DNA of 64,000 nt from Rhizodiscina lignyota (Eukaryota): positions 1,612,001 to 1,676,000 of the forward strand of contig ML978124.1 in assembly GCA_010015805.1 (NCBI GenBank). Reading direction: 5' to 3'. Below, piece by piece: positions 28,451-40,848 of the stretch (positions are counted from its first letter, which is position 1; every line of letters starts with the position of its first letter). A program made the position numbers and the translations under genes. Below the pieces are notes generated by a model that did not search any database, had not been told where the DNA came from, and was given only the letters and a program-made list of their open reading frames with translations.

Positions 28451-28666
28451 GCTGGGCAGAACAAGCGGTGAAGCAAGTTGAGAGTATCTCAATCGTACCC
28501 GGCTCCGCGATGACGAATTTTCGATGGTTTCAATGTTCTTCAAGGGTGCGGAAGAAATGTAGATAATGAGGCTTGGCATTTGTGTGGGATGCAAAATGCC
28601 AAGATTTCGACCTCAAAAGAAGTCGGCGATTTCGCGAGCTCCCTCCGATTGTTCAACATTTTTGCA

Positions 28667-30908
28667 ATGGCCCCAATTCGACCAATACAACGGATGCGAC
28701 CACGAAGTGGAACATCAGAGAGAGCAAATCGAGCTCGTCAGCCTGTTCCGACGAAAGCCAAGGTCGACAAGCCCGAAGACCTGTATGTTCAGACATGTGA
28801 TAGTTACAGCACAAATGTTAACGCATGCTAGAGGTTCATCAGACGGTTCTGGGCAAGAAGATTCGCAAAGTGAAAGCAACTCCATTGGATCCTCCAGCGA
28901 TGACGATGACGAAGAGCCACCGCGATTTCAGTCGTACAATTTGCTTCTCCAATCATTTCAGAGCCAGCAAAAAGAAGACCGACCGGCAAAGAAAAGGCGG
29001 AGGCTGAACGATGAACGCGACGAAGATATCAAAGAAATAACACATTCAACTGCTCAAGATGCTGTCGAGGAAGATGGACCAGAGGAGGACGGGTCCGCTT
29101 CTGATGAATCGGTCGCAGAAGCGGGAGCAGACGAATCGGTTGCCGATGAGGAAGATTTTGAGGCAGCCGCATCTGAGGACGAGGAAGACATATCTGATCC
29201 TTTCGATTACCACTTCGGCGAAACTGACGAGAAAACTATGAAACAACGCATTAATGCTGCAGAAGAGGGCGATTGGGACATGCGTCGAGTAGGATTTCCA
29301 GGCCTTGCCAACTGTATCATCAGTCAACCGAGACAGGACGAGGGTAATAACGAGATGAAGCGGACCGTGAAGTCGCCAAAAGAGATTCTAGGTTTAAAGA
29401 GGCGACTAATTTCCCCTATCCAAGGCCTGATGCCGGAATTTGACTCTCTGCAACAAGCTTTAGCGCCAAATATCTTTGAGTATCGTGACATCTTGTTCGG
29501 GGCACGGAAAGTTGCAAATGCCGAAGGTCTCCGCAATCTAGCGTGCTTGCACGCTCTGAACCATGTCATGAAGAGAAGAGATCGAGTTCTCAAAAATAAT
29601 GCTCGATTATCGAAGGATCAAGGCGATGTGGACAGCGACATCCGTGACCAAGGATTTACCCGACCCAAGATTCTCTTCTTACTCGAGACTCGGCAGTCTT
29701 GTGCTCGATACATCGATACCATAACGGCCTTAAGTGAGCCTGAGCAACAAGAGAACAAAAAGCGGTTCCTGGATTCTTTCTCTTCATCCGAACAAAGATT
29801 TGGAGAGGATAAGCCCGAGGACTTTCGCGAGTTGTTCGAAGGCAACGATGACAATGCTTTTCGACTCGGTATCAAATTTACCCGCAAGACCTTGAAGTTT
29901 TTCTCCAAGTTCTACGCATCTGACATGATTTTCGCCTCACCACTGGGGCTTCGACGAGCAATTGGAGCCATGAACGAAGAAGAAGAGGCGAAGAAGCGCG
30001 ACTATGATTTCCTTAGCTCAATTGAGGTCGTAATTCTAGATCAAACGGATGCGATGCTCATGCAGAATTGGGAGCATGTCGAGTATATATTCGAGCACTT
30101 GAACCAGCAGCCAAAAGATTCTCACGACACCGACTTCAGCCGGGTGCGACACTGGTACCTTGATGGCAACGCAAAGTTCTTGCGACAAACAATTGTATTT
30201 TCAGCCTTTCTCACGCCCTCTCTCAATGCGCTCTCGTCGAGACACATGCGCAATATTGCGGGCAAGATCAAATTCCAGCCACGGTACTCTGGCGCCATCG
30301 CAGCGATCGACTTTCCCTTCGAAATCAAACAAAGCTTTTCGCGCTTCTTCCCCGCCTCGCACACAGCAGATCCAGACGCGCGTTTCACCTACTTCACCAG
30401 CACAATAGTCCCGCTACTTCTTCGTTTTCCGAAGCCATCGAATGGATCTGGTCTAGGCGCCCTGATTTTTGTACCGTCATACTTCGACTTTGTGCGCCTC
30501 CGAAATTACTTTTCAACGTCCACCGAGACCACAAATATCTCATTCGGTGCAATTTCTGAGTATACGCCACCCTCCGATGTTCGCCGCGCGAGAGCACATT
30601 TTATGAGTGGACGGCATTCTGCGTTGCTCTACACAGAGCGTGCGCACCATTTCCGAAGGTATCGGCTGAAGGGCGTTAAAAGAGTTATCATGTACAGCCT
30701 ACCCGAGAACCCAACGTTCTACCACGAAATTGTGGGGGGCTTTCTTGGGGACTCAGCGTTAGATGGAAAGGTTCGAGAGGGGGAAGCCAGTGTCAGGGTT
30801 GTATTTTCAAGGTTTGATGCGATGAAGTTGGAGCGCGTGGTTGGATCAAAGAGGGTTCAAGCAATGGTATCTGAGAAAACCGAAGGAGATACATTTGATT
30901 TCGTATGA
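28667..30908 (+). CDS. UTP25: U3 snoRNA-associated protein 25 (SSU processome); 2 exons
   Basis: RDQGFTRPKIL, FYASDMIFASPLGLR, DFLSSIEVVILDQ, MQNWEHV, IFVPSYFDFVRLRNY, LLYTERAHHFRRY; intron ~28783-28831. Confidence 0.95.
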
Positions 30909-31494
30909 TTCGAAAACCTATTTAAGGATAGAGTATCAGTCGATCTTGAATACCCTTCCTTGACGCATCTCATCCATGTTCGACTAGTGCATTTGACCTT
31001 TCGCCTAACAACACCCTTGCGCATCGCATTCATTCTCCCTTCACAACACCACCCCTTTCATTGAAAAGTCGTTGTAAAACCCAGGCATAGTATTTAATGC
31101 TAGCCCCACCATTGGGCAGTAAATGTTCCTGTTCCTCGTCACCCGTCGCACAGCCACAAATCCGGCTTAGTCGTGGATCATCTGCCGAGAACGCCTTCGG
31201 TATATATTGGCCCGCGTCCCTCAACCTTATTTTCACTTCCACCACCGCCCATGGGGTAATTCTCAAGCTCTTCCAGATCGCGGGCTCTTCTCCGCAAGGC
31301 CTGCATTTAGCCGCCAGGAACTGTAAGTGAGCCAGATGTTAACCTGGTGCTGGTGTCGATCAGTAGTGAAAGTATCTGGCAAAACTGAAAGCTCAGTTAT
31401 ATAGCTTTGCATTCGCGCCAATGTGTGTCAGACGTTTGTGCCTGCGTCCACTTCGTGAAATGCTTCTTTCCGTTGTTTGACGCGTTATTCCAAG

Positions 31495-33724
31495 ATGATA
31501 GTTTCCAATTACCTTCTGACGACTAGCGTATTGCTCGTCGCGTCAGCGACATGCAGCAAGATTAATCGTGAGCAGATTGTCCGTCAGTTCAATCCTCATC
31601 GAAATGCGTCCTCCATGGACACGCCAATGCAAGTCGGCACCGGACACATGGCATTTGGGGCCGACGTTACTGGACTCCAAACCTTCTTGCCTTTCAACAT
31701 TCTGTCAGACTGGTGTTGGCACAATTCCTCGCTCCCAACGACTCCTGGTCAGACAGAACCTTCCGACTTCACGGGCCTGAACTGGTTCTCGCATGGCCGT
31801 CTGGTTAATTACGAGCAGCCAAACCCGGCGGAGGCTGATATATCTCAATGGATGATCGGAAATCCTCACCGTGTTAATCTCGGAAGAGTTGGGCTTTGGT
31901 TCAAAGGTGGAGACGTCTCCGAGGATGACCTAGCCTCCAAGTCTCAGGATCTGGATTTGTACACCGGGATCATGTCCTCGTCTTTCTGGGTAAACGGCCA
32001 CAAAGTCAGCGTCCAAACCATTGCGGAGCCGGATAGCAGCACCATTGCTGTCAAGTTGGAGTCCGACGCTCTCAGCTCCGGAGACCTTGGTGTCTTCTTC
32101 GACTATCCGTACATGAATGCAACAAACAAATTCGAGGCACCATTTGTTGGCAACTGGGATGCTGTCAAGAACCATACAACAAGTGTAAAGAAGAGTAGGA
32201 GCTCAGCTGTGATCACCCATAACGAGGACGCCTTGACATATTACACCACGGTCAACTGGGAGGAGCAGGCTGCAATATCTGATGCATTACCTAACTCACA
32301 CCGTTATGTTCTCCAACCCAAAAGATCCAAGACTTTGTCCTTCACCGTCACGTACTCTCCTCAATCGGAGGTCCACGTGCGCAACTATGCCTCCATCGAA
32401 CAGTCCTCTACCGCTTGGTGGTGCGACTATTGGGAGAATGGAAACTTTGTAGACTTGACTGCCTCGGGGAACTCGAGCGCGATTGAGTTGCAACGCCGCA
32501 TAATCCTGTCACAATATCTGCTGGCTGTCAACTCTGCTGGCAAGTGGTTCCCGCAGGAGTCGGGCTTAACTGATAATGGCTGGTAGGCACCGTGATAATG
32601 TGTCCTCAAGTACGAAACGGCTAACCATCAGCAGGTATGGGAAGTTTCATCTAGAGATGTACATCTTCCACTCACTGCATTTCCTCCTCTGGGGCCACCA
32701 AGATCTCCTCATGCGCAGCTTATCCCACTTGTACTTCGACTTCCTACCGACGTCGTATGAGCGTGCCGCGAAGCAGGGCTGGGATGGGGCGCACTGGGGA
32801 AAGATGTCGGATCCGACTGGTCGCTCTGCTCCGGGTGAGATAAACTCGCTTTTGATATGGCAGCAGCCGCATCCATTGCAGTTCGCCGAGTATCTCTATC
32901 GCTTTAACCCGTCGTCGCGTGAGAGCCTGCTGCATGAGTGGGAGGAGATTGTTACGGCCACCGCCGACTTCATGGCATCGTACGCCTGGTGGAACGCGTC
33001 ATCAGGACGCTACGATCTCGGCCCGCCGATGTACACAGTAGCGGAGACGACGCCGCCGAACAGTACTCGGAACCCGACGTTCGAGTTGGCGTACTGGAGG
33101 TTCGGCCTCGGACTCGCATCGCAGTGGAAAGAACGACTCGGCAAGCCTGTGCCTGCGAAGTGGACGCACGTAATGGATAACCTTGCTCCACTACCTCACC
33201 AATCCGGTGCTTACGCCCTCTACGAAGGGGCACTAGATACCTGGACGAATCCTAATATCACTGAAGATCATCCTGCCTCTCTCATGATCAACGGCTGGCT
33301 TCCAGGGCCTTCTATCCCGGGCCTGAATTACAGTGAAGAAGTGTTTAATAAAACGGTGGAGCTAACACAACAAACATGGAATTTCACATATTCATTTGGG
33401 TACGTGTTCAGTGGTCCCAACAATCGGAAAGTACTAACACCGTATCACAGTTGGGACTTTCCCCTCCTTGCCATGACATCGGCCCGCAGCATGGGAGACG
33501 TAGAAGGTGCCATCTCGTGGCTTCTTTTTGATGTCTTTCAGTTCGACGATGTCGGAATGCCAATCGGTGGATCGAGAGTTCCAACACCTTACTTCCCCGG
33601 AAGTGGTAGCTTGCTCTTTGCAGTGGCTTTCCTCGCCGGTGGGTGGGATGGTGCGCCGCACAGTGGTCCTCACTTTCCAACGTCCTGGCGTGCGCAGGTC
33701 GAGGGGTTCCACCCAATGTTGTAA
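31495..33724 (+). CDS. Secreted six-hairpin glycosidase-like protein of unknown specificity; 3 exons
   Basis: Signal peptide; PMQVGTGHMAFGADVTGLQTF, ELQRRIILSQYL, PQESGLTDNGWYGKFHLEM, LLIWQQPHP, NPTFELAYWRFGL; two GT-AG introns. Confidence 0.8.
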
Positions 33725-34223
33725 CATTGCGGGCACATCAATCATCCTACTCCTGTAGTTCGCTACTAAGTATCTATTTACCCCTTTCAGCGTTGCATGA
33801 TAGCTAATCCTGGTATTCGTGAGTCCATTGCTCCGCTTCCCCACTTCGCCCAGTTTGACAGGTTCAACGGTCATCACCATTAGGCTCTCCCTTATCCAAC
33901 GTTGTGATTTCACGCAAATTCTAAAGTATATATCCCCCTGCAGTTCTTTTCTTCCTTTCTCGCACACATACATCTATCAATTGCGTAGACGATCATCAAT
34001 AGCTCTCAGAAGCATCTATCAACATCGTAAACCATCAACAAGCATCGCCAATTGGTAAATATCGTCAAATTTCCTCACTACCTCATCCACCTCAATATCT
34101 CGATCGATACCACGATATCTCTTCCGGAACCGCCATATCACCCATCTCCACCTCAATATCTTTCGCGACAACACACCTTCACCCTTTCCCTCCACCTCAA
34201 CATCTCCCATCAAAGTCCCAAGC

Positions 34224-34859
34224 ATGGGCAACGAAGACCACCCACAGCAGAGGTGGCCCCACCGGGGTGACACCGTGATGTCGCTCCCCACCTGGAGACG
34301 ACCGTCAACACCATCGACCCCCGATCATAGACCGGGAAAGCTCTCGCCATCACCGTCGCCAACACGCCGTAACATCGCAACATCGTGGCGATCAACACCC
34401 TGCCAACAGACATCACGAGAGCCTAAGGCGGGCGAAATCTGGATGCTGCCATACTCGTGCGGCATCCCGGCGGGCTCGCTGTTGTACAAGGCATTCAGCG
34501 CTCGCGAGGTCGAAGGCATGGGCGGACACCCATGCCTTATCGGTAAGGTTGACGGGGATGTCGTGACGGCGTTCGGCATCACCAGTTTTGGAGGAAGGAC
34601 GATTGGGGAGCGGGGGCTGGAGAATTGGAGGAGGATGGAGCATTGGGGGATTGGGAGGGCACCTGCCGCTGGTGAGGAGGGCCAACAGTTCTTGAAGATC
34701 GTCGGCGTCGACTTCAAGAAGACATCCTATGTGAGGATGAAGTCGTTCACCGTCGAAAGCACCATCATCACCGAGTATGGTGCTAAGACCGAACTGACGG
34801 CAGAGGCCCTGGCGATGTTGCAGGGGGAGATGGAGAGGAAGAAGCAGAAGTGGCGATAG
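34224..34859 (+). CDS. Hypothetical intronless protein: S/P/T-rich N-terminus plus compact C-terminal domain with MazF/PemK-like motif pattern
   Basis: 211-aa ATG ORF preceded by a C/A-rich leader and a TATA-like AAAGTATATA at ~33923. The fold call is inference. Confidence 0.65.
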   Translation: MGNEDHPQQRWPHRGDTVMSLPTWRRPSTPSTPDHRPGKLSPSPSPTRRNIATSWRSTPCQQTSREPKAGEIWMLPYSCGIPAGSLLYKAFSAREVEGMGGHPCLIGKVDGDVVTAFGITSFGGRTIGERGLENWRRMEHWGIGRAPAAGEEGQQFLKIVGVDFKKTSYVRMKSFTVESTIITEYGAKTELTAEALAMLQGEMERKKQKWR

Positions 34860-35952
34860 ATCGTCTTGTTTCTATGTAAGTCAATACAACTACATTGTTG
34901 TTGAAGTCCTACAGGGTGCCCTGCTCTTCTCGTGATGGTTGCGAATGCATTGCGATCAAAGTGGAGAAGAGCCTTCACCTTCTGCCAAAGTATCTGCTCC
35001 GCCATTGCGGCTAACGTGCAGAAGAGAATGCGCTTTACCTTTGAATACCTCCTGCACCATTACCACCAACACAAAGAAGAAAATTCACTCTGTGTTTAGG
35101 TGCATGCTCTACCATTCCCGCCGAGGCATAGAGAAACACTTGTTCACCGTTCACGCGTTAGTTCCGTCGTCACGACCAACACGAAAAGGGAGGAAGTTAC
35201 CAGTGTTATGTACGAACTCGGCCGTCATGGCAAGTGTGCAGAAGAACACTCACTTAATATTTGAATCGAAGTTCCGCGACCGTGGCCAAAGGTGTAGAAG
35301 AAGCCTGACTTAGGCGCCGGGGTACCTGCCCGGCAACATGCGCAAGTCCATAGAATAGGGTTGGCTTCATGCCCGAGGACAAGCTTCGATAACAAGGTTA
35401 GGTACGTAGAAAAAATTCTTTGTCCTCGAATACAAGGTACAGTATCAGTGTTATTAACAAAGAGGACATTCTTTGGCCGCTACTATTAGGGAGTATTGCC
35501 TGTCCTAATCCAGAATGTATCACGTGTCTGAAATGACCTCCGGCCAGCTCAGTCAAGTATGTGGGAAGTGATAGCGCCCGCATTCTTTCTGATCCAAGAG
35601 AAAGGCAGATGAATGGATCGTATGGATTATCACGCAATATTTCAGTCTGAAAGAGTCATGGAGGAGAAGAATCAATGAGCAGTATCGGTTGCTAGTTGCA
35701 TAGAGCTCGTCGTACGTAGGAACCACCCGCTTAGAGTACACCCGTGATCCGCCAACACCCTAGATGGCCTGAGTCGACGCATCCGTCACTCAAGTAGAGC
35801 ATGTGCTATGAGCACGAGTCTGCTTTAATACCTTTATCTCCATGCTCCTGAAAATGGACCCAGATTCCAATTAAACCTTCAAGTTCCCTTCGAAAGAGTC
35901 GCTGTCCTTGTGCATCCTAGCCCTGCTCAGCCGTCTGTAGTCACGGCATGCT

Positions 35953-37105
35953 CTAAACCACATTCTTCTTCTCCTCTCGGCCCATGAAAGAATGATACCA
36001 AGTAGGGTTACCATGAGATATGCGGCATCCACCATCAGATCTACCAAATTTTCTCAAGATGCCATGGCTATGATGGCTCCAGTAATCCTGGTCCTCATCC
36101 CTTGTCTTGTGCTTGCTGCGATCCATGCAATCGAGACACAGGCCATCGAAGTAGCAAGTCACCTTTTCAGTTATTTGCATCACTGATGCCTTGTAGTCTC
36201 CATGCATGCATCCCATGCAAACATCCGCCGCATCACGACCGCATAGTGGATCGTACTCAAACTTTCTGAGGCAGTGTAGTAGGGTGTGGATCGAGTCCTT
36301 GAAACCCCAAGGATGCATAGGCCAGACTTCAAGATCGATCAACGTCTTCTCGTAATTGTGCGTCGTTTCTGCTTTGCATTTGCAAGAGGCGTGGAAGCGA
36401 CCCGCTATTGGGTCGAATATGCCGGCGTACAAGACGGTTCGGAGGCGTCCCCTTGCGGCGTTCAGCTGATCTGCAGGGTGGTCAATTGGTTTTCAATGCG
36501 ACTGAGGGTCTATGATATGACTCACTGATGACTCGGTGAGGAAGGTGCAACTGATAGTGTTCAGTAGGGTTGAGTTCAGTTATGTGTCTATCGACGTTGT
36601 AGGCCAAGTACTCCGTGACATGCTGAAAACCGCTCGCGCAGTCGAAGATGAAGGTCGGGAACAGCAATTGTCGTGCGATCTTAATGTTCAATGTATATTG
36701 ATGGGGACTCATCTGCTGATTGTAGCAGGTGGAGAAGAAGGCCCTTATCCTCTTCGTGATAGCATTCGTTCCGTCGCGCACATCGATCTCATACTTGTCA
36801 CAGGCCATGACAATGTACCACCATACCGGATCCTCGGCTCCCAATTCGTCTTGGTAGTCGGCGAGGTTGTCATGGAGTGCACGAAGAAACATTTCTAAGC
36901 CGTCGATCTTGTCATCGAATAGATTGATAATGTCAGACTGTGACTCTTTGAATCGCCCATCGAGTGAAGCTTTGAAATGCCTCGAGTATTTGAGCATCGT
37001 GCTGCGGTCGACACGATAACGAGTGATCTTATTGTCCGCATTGAGAAGGACTGTTAGATCTCCATCGGGCGCAATATGGATGACGTCGTTTCCGGCTTGA
37101 GCCAT
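35953..37105 (-). CDS. BTB/POZ domain protein of an expanded fungal family; 2 exons
   Basis: IHIAPDGDLTV...YRVDRSTMLKYSRHFKASLDGRFKES...LRALH...ACDKY; intron GTGAGT...CAG; C-terminal FDGLCLDCM and CRISHGNPTWYHSFMGR. Confidence 0.85.
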
Positions 37106-37175
37106 GATTGGGGACCAGTTTGTGTTGTTTAGTTGTTGGGGTCACCAAGTGCTGATGTATGATGAAGAGAACAAG

Positions 37176-37280
37176 AAGAGAGGGATGCAAGAGAGAGGGA
37201 TGCAAGAGAGAGGGATGCAAGAGAGAGGGATGCAAGAGAGAGGGATGCAAGAGAGAGGGATGCAAGAGAGAGGGATGCAA
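37176..37280. repeat. Minisatellite, 7 x 15 bp (GAGAGAGGGATGCAA)
   Basis: Six perfect copies at 37191-37280 plus one single-mismatch copy at 37176-37190. Confidence 0.97.
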
Positions 37281-37293
37281 GAGACAGTTGGGA

Positions 37294-37301
37294 TTTATAT
37301 A
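37294..37301 (-). promoter_or_regulatory. TATA box (TATATAAA) of the BTB gene
   Basis: Consensus TATA on the minus strand ~190 bp upstream of ATG 37105, followed by a pyrimidine-rich tract. Confidence 0.5.
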
Positions 37302-37525
37302 AAGTTGCTGAGGTGCCAAGAAATTTTTTGGTGTTAGTTTTAGGTTCACAGTTGAAATGTTTGAATGCGGAAGAAGAGGAAGGCGTTGGTGTCCATTAAC
37401 ACAAATTCCTGGCCGCCAGGAACCAGAAGCTTAACCTCAGTACAATATTAATCATTAGTTATGTAGCTTTTCACTTGCAGCCCTCCTCGGCTCGACTGTC
37501 ACTTAGCAATGCTCCTCTTTACCCA

Positions 37526-40500
37526 TTATGAATTAACGGTCGTATTACCACCTACTTGTGCCGACCCAAGGCCTGGTGTGTCAAAGTCATCCAACTTCGG
37601 CCAGTCTCCGAGACCTGCGGGATCACCTCCGATCCTGATATATTGACTTTCACTCGGCATTCCGTCGTCCAGTACAAACAGCTGCGCCCACGCTGGTGGC
37701 CATACGTTGGCATTTGGTGGCGCTGTAATCGTACACGTCATGCCGCTGCACGTGAATTCGGGGAACAGCATCCGCTGACCAAAGTTATTACCGTGCGTTG
37801 CACCCTCCGCGGCAAGAATACTGATGTTGACCTGGCTGATGGGATTGTTGTGGACTGTTACATCAATATCTACCTTATCGCCGTAAGCCCAGTCGATACT
37901 TTGAATAGTATATGTCGGCCGTGTCTTTGGGTTTGTGAGGTACGGTGGCAGAAACTTTTCGACGCGGTATTCCTGGGGGTAACGAGTATCCTCTGGATCA
38001 GAACCAGAAATGAGGACACTGCCATCGGACAGCAGAACAGATTCAGAGTGATAAAGGCGGAAGAGTGTAGAGTTTGCCATGACGCTCATTCGCTGACCGA
38101 CTGGCTTATTTGGCTCGTATAGTACCGCGTTGGTGTTTGGATCCGTTCCGAGGCCGAAACCTGCAGCGCCAAAGAACGCACCGTTGGTGATGAGATACGT
38201 GCCATCAGGTAGCGCAGTCATGCAGGTCATTACACGTTTCGAGGGCTGAGAATACCGTTAGCGAAGAACGAATAAGGTTATTTGAGACATACCATCCGCT
38301 CCAAGACCCATTCTGCACCATCTACTTCCGGCTCAATAGTCACGCAGTTATCGATAGCAGGCCCTGTTCCAGCCTGAGTACCACCGCCGCAGATCATAAT
38401 CTTGAGCGGATCTGTGTATGGAGCATGCTGCGGCATGAGCACCATGGTTCCCTCGTATGGATAATTACGTCCAGCCAGGAAATCGTTGACAGTGCCTGGG
38501 ACATTCGGCAGCTGCTTAACAATGTCCAGCGTCTCTTCATCCAGAATAATCGCCTCGTTGTAGTATTGAACAAAGATACCCCCAGTTGGCAGGACGCAAA
38601 CAAATGGATACAAATTGTTCGGGTCAGTACGGTTCAGCCATGATGCAAACTTCGCATATCCTTCTTCTGGCGGCGGCAAGATCTCCATCGTGGGAACCGG
38701 AGGTCCGTTGGAGCCATTTTCGCCACCCACAACGAGAATAGATCCATTGGCCAGCACTAAAGCGCTTGGATACCATCGGGGATTGAGCAAATGGAGCTCA
38801 TTGACGTTCTCCTGCCAATCTCTTGTGCTCTCCACACCAGGACTACCAGTCGGCCAGTACAGCCTCACACCGACCAAAGAATTGAGAGACCAGCCACCGA
38901 CACTGAGAAGCCGGCCAACCCGATCTGGAAGCTGGATCATCGCAGTGCAAAAGACGTCGGTAGCGACGTGCAATGTTCTCCAGGCGGCGTCGAAGTTACT
39001 CTGCAGAGACGGATCAAGCTCATACGCTCCCGTTGAGTTTTTAGTGTCGCCGAATTTCTCGAGAAACGCCACTTTCTTCGTAATTGTTTGCGCGCTGACT
39101 AGTGGTACTATGAGACCACCAATGAAGAACTCGTATAATCCCGCAGCGTCACCTTGGGGATAGTTAAACTGCGTGAGTATTGAGCCTTGCCATTCGTAGT
39201 AGGAAAGTCGATTTCCGGCACCGCAGAAGAATGTGAAATTGCCCGAGCATGGCATGTTGCAATCCGATTCTGGTTCAGTCGTTGCTCCAGCGGCTGCAAC
39301 GTCTCCAGGGTCGCCACAATCTGCTAATCGTGAGCGATAGGAAAACTGAAGGTTGGGGAATTATCTTACAGCATTCGTCACCGAATTCCATTCCACCTGC
39401 AGTGTAGCCAAAATCCGAACACTGTTTGAGACAGGTGGATGCGGAGTTGTTGCTCGTTAGGATGAGTTGCCACGGTAAGCTCCTGTTCCCAATGCTGTTG
39501 TCCCTGCGCATTTTATTAGAACATGGATGTGACCCAATAGCCTCTTCTTGGTCTTACGAGATGCAGCCCACGTATTGCCAGTCTCCTGGCAAATCGGTCA
39601 TTTGAGCTGTTGGAGGCTGGAAAATCTGCAATGTAGCATTTGAATAAACGCTCAATCTGTTCCCTTGGCCACATAACTCGTTCGCGTCACCACCACAAGG
39701 CATATTGCATTCACTGTCATCCGTTTGGTTGCCACCATTGTGAACAAAGTTGTCGCAGAAACATTGCACGCCCCATTCCATGCCGGCCACGGAGTAGCCA
39801 AGATTGATACATGCGTCAACGCAGGATTCGATGGTCATGTCCTGGTTGTCAGGCTCTTCATGCGTAAAGATCCGTGCATCAGTGGGGTCGACGAAACAGC
39901 CTCTGTATTTCCAATTGGCCGGTAAATCTGTCGGAGTTGAAATGCCTGAACTGGTAGATGTAGATGAACTGGAAGTGGTTATGGAAGATGAACTCGAGAC
40001 CATGCTTGACGAAGTTGGCGGAGACGATGTAGTTGAGCTTGATGATGATCCAGAGCCGCCTACAGGTGCGGTTGTAATAGTATTTGCCCCAAGCTCGTAG
40101 ATATTGATTCGACTGCTTCCACCGCATGCTTCAGTCACATTGCCAAGGCAAGGTGAACTGCATCCACTTGTCGCTGGAACAGCGCCATTCTCAAGCTTAT
40201 TGTCACAGTCTAATCAAATAGTCAGCAGCACGAAGTAGGAATTAAGCAGCAACTATACTTACAACATTCCTGGCCAAACTCCATACCAGCAAACTTGAAC
40301 CCACCAGCATTACAAGCATCAGTACAGTGTACCACGCTCATATTGGATGCCCCTCCGTCTGTTGATACCAGCGTCGATAGCGTACGTGCAGCTACATCGT
40401 CCGTATAGCAGCCCACAGAAGACCATCCAGGCGGGCCAGGATTCGTAAGTGGACCGAGAGGAGCAGAACCGTTGTATTGGTAGACCGTCAGCCTGTTGGC

Positions 40501-40848
40501 GGCGCCACAAGTTTCTGAATCATCGCCATTACACGGCGTATTGCAGTCACTGTCGCTTTGCCGCGCCACATTGATAACAAAATCACAGTAGCATTCTGCT
40601 CCGAATTCAGTTCCGGCAAGGTTGAAACCCTGATTGGCACAGAAGGTGATGCAATTATCGTTGGTCATGTCATCGCTTTCTGTATTTGCTCCTTGAAGCG
40701 AGCGATCTGCTGTGCTGTCGATATAACATCCTTTGAGTATCCAATCAGATGGGAAGGCTGAGATTGCGCTGGGTGTGGCATTTGTAACAGACGACAAGGA
40801 GAGAAATGCTATGCAAATGGCAACATATGAAACGAATGTGGGAGGCAT
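37526..40848 (-). CDS. Secreted copper radical oxidase (AA5_1, glyoxal oxidase-like) with four N-terminal WSC domains; 5 exons
   Basis: Signal peptide; four GC[YFI]..D...ECxC...CG..NRL.xY-type WSC repeats; active-site motifs DVFCTA, RWYPS, RLYHS and ATHG all intact. Confidence 0.93.

Noticed and set aside
28566..28666. Longer UTP25 N-terminus from ATG 28566
   Set aside because: It reads through an evident intron and lies within the short divergent promoter; the spliced start at 28667 is more plausible.
35871..35965. Possible frameshifted C-terminal extension of the BTB protein (MWFRACRDYRR...)
   Set aside because: Only ~30 open codons, which is compatible with chance; the annotated stop follows the conserved-looking WYHSFMGR block.
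37029..37349. ORFs with LLHPS or MQERG repeats; also considered as a CRISPR-like array
   Set aside because: They are translations of the 15-bp minisatellite. The units are contiguous with no spacers and the DNA is eukaryotic.
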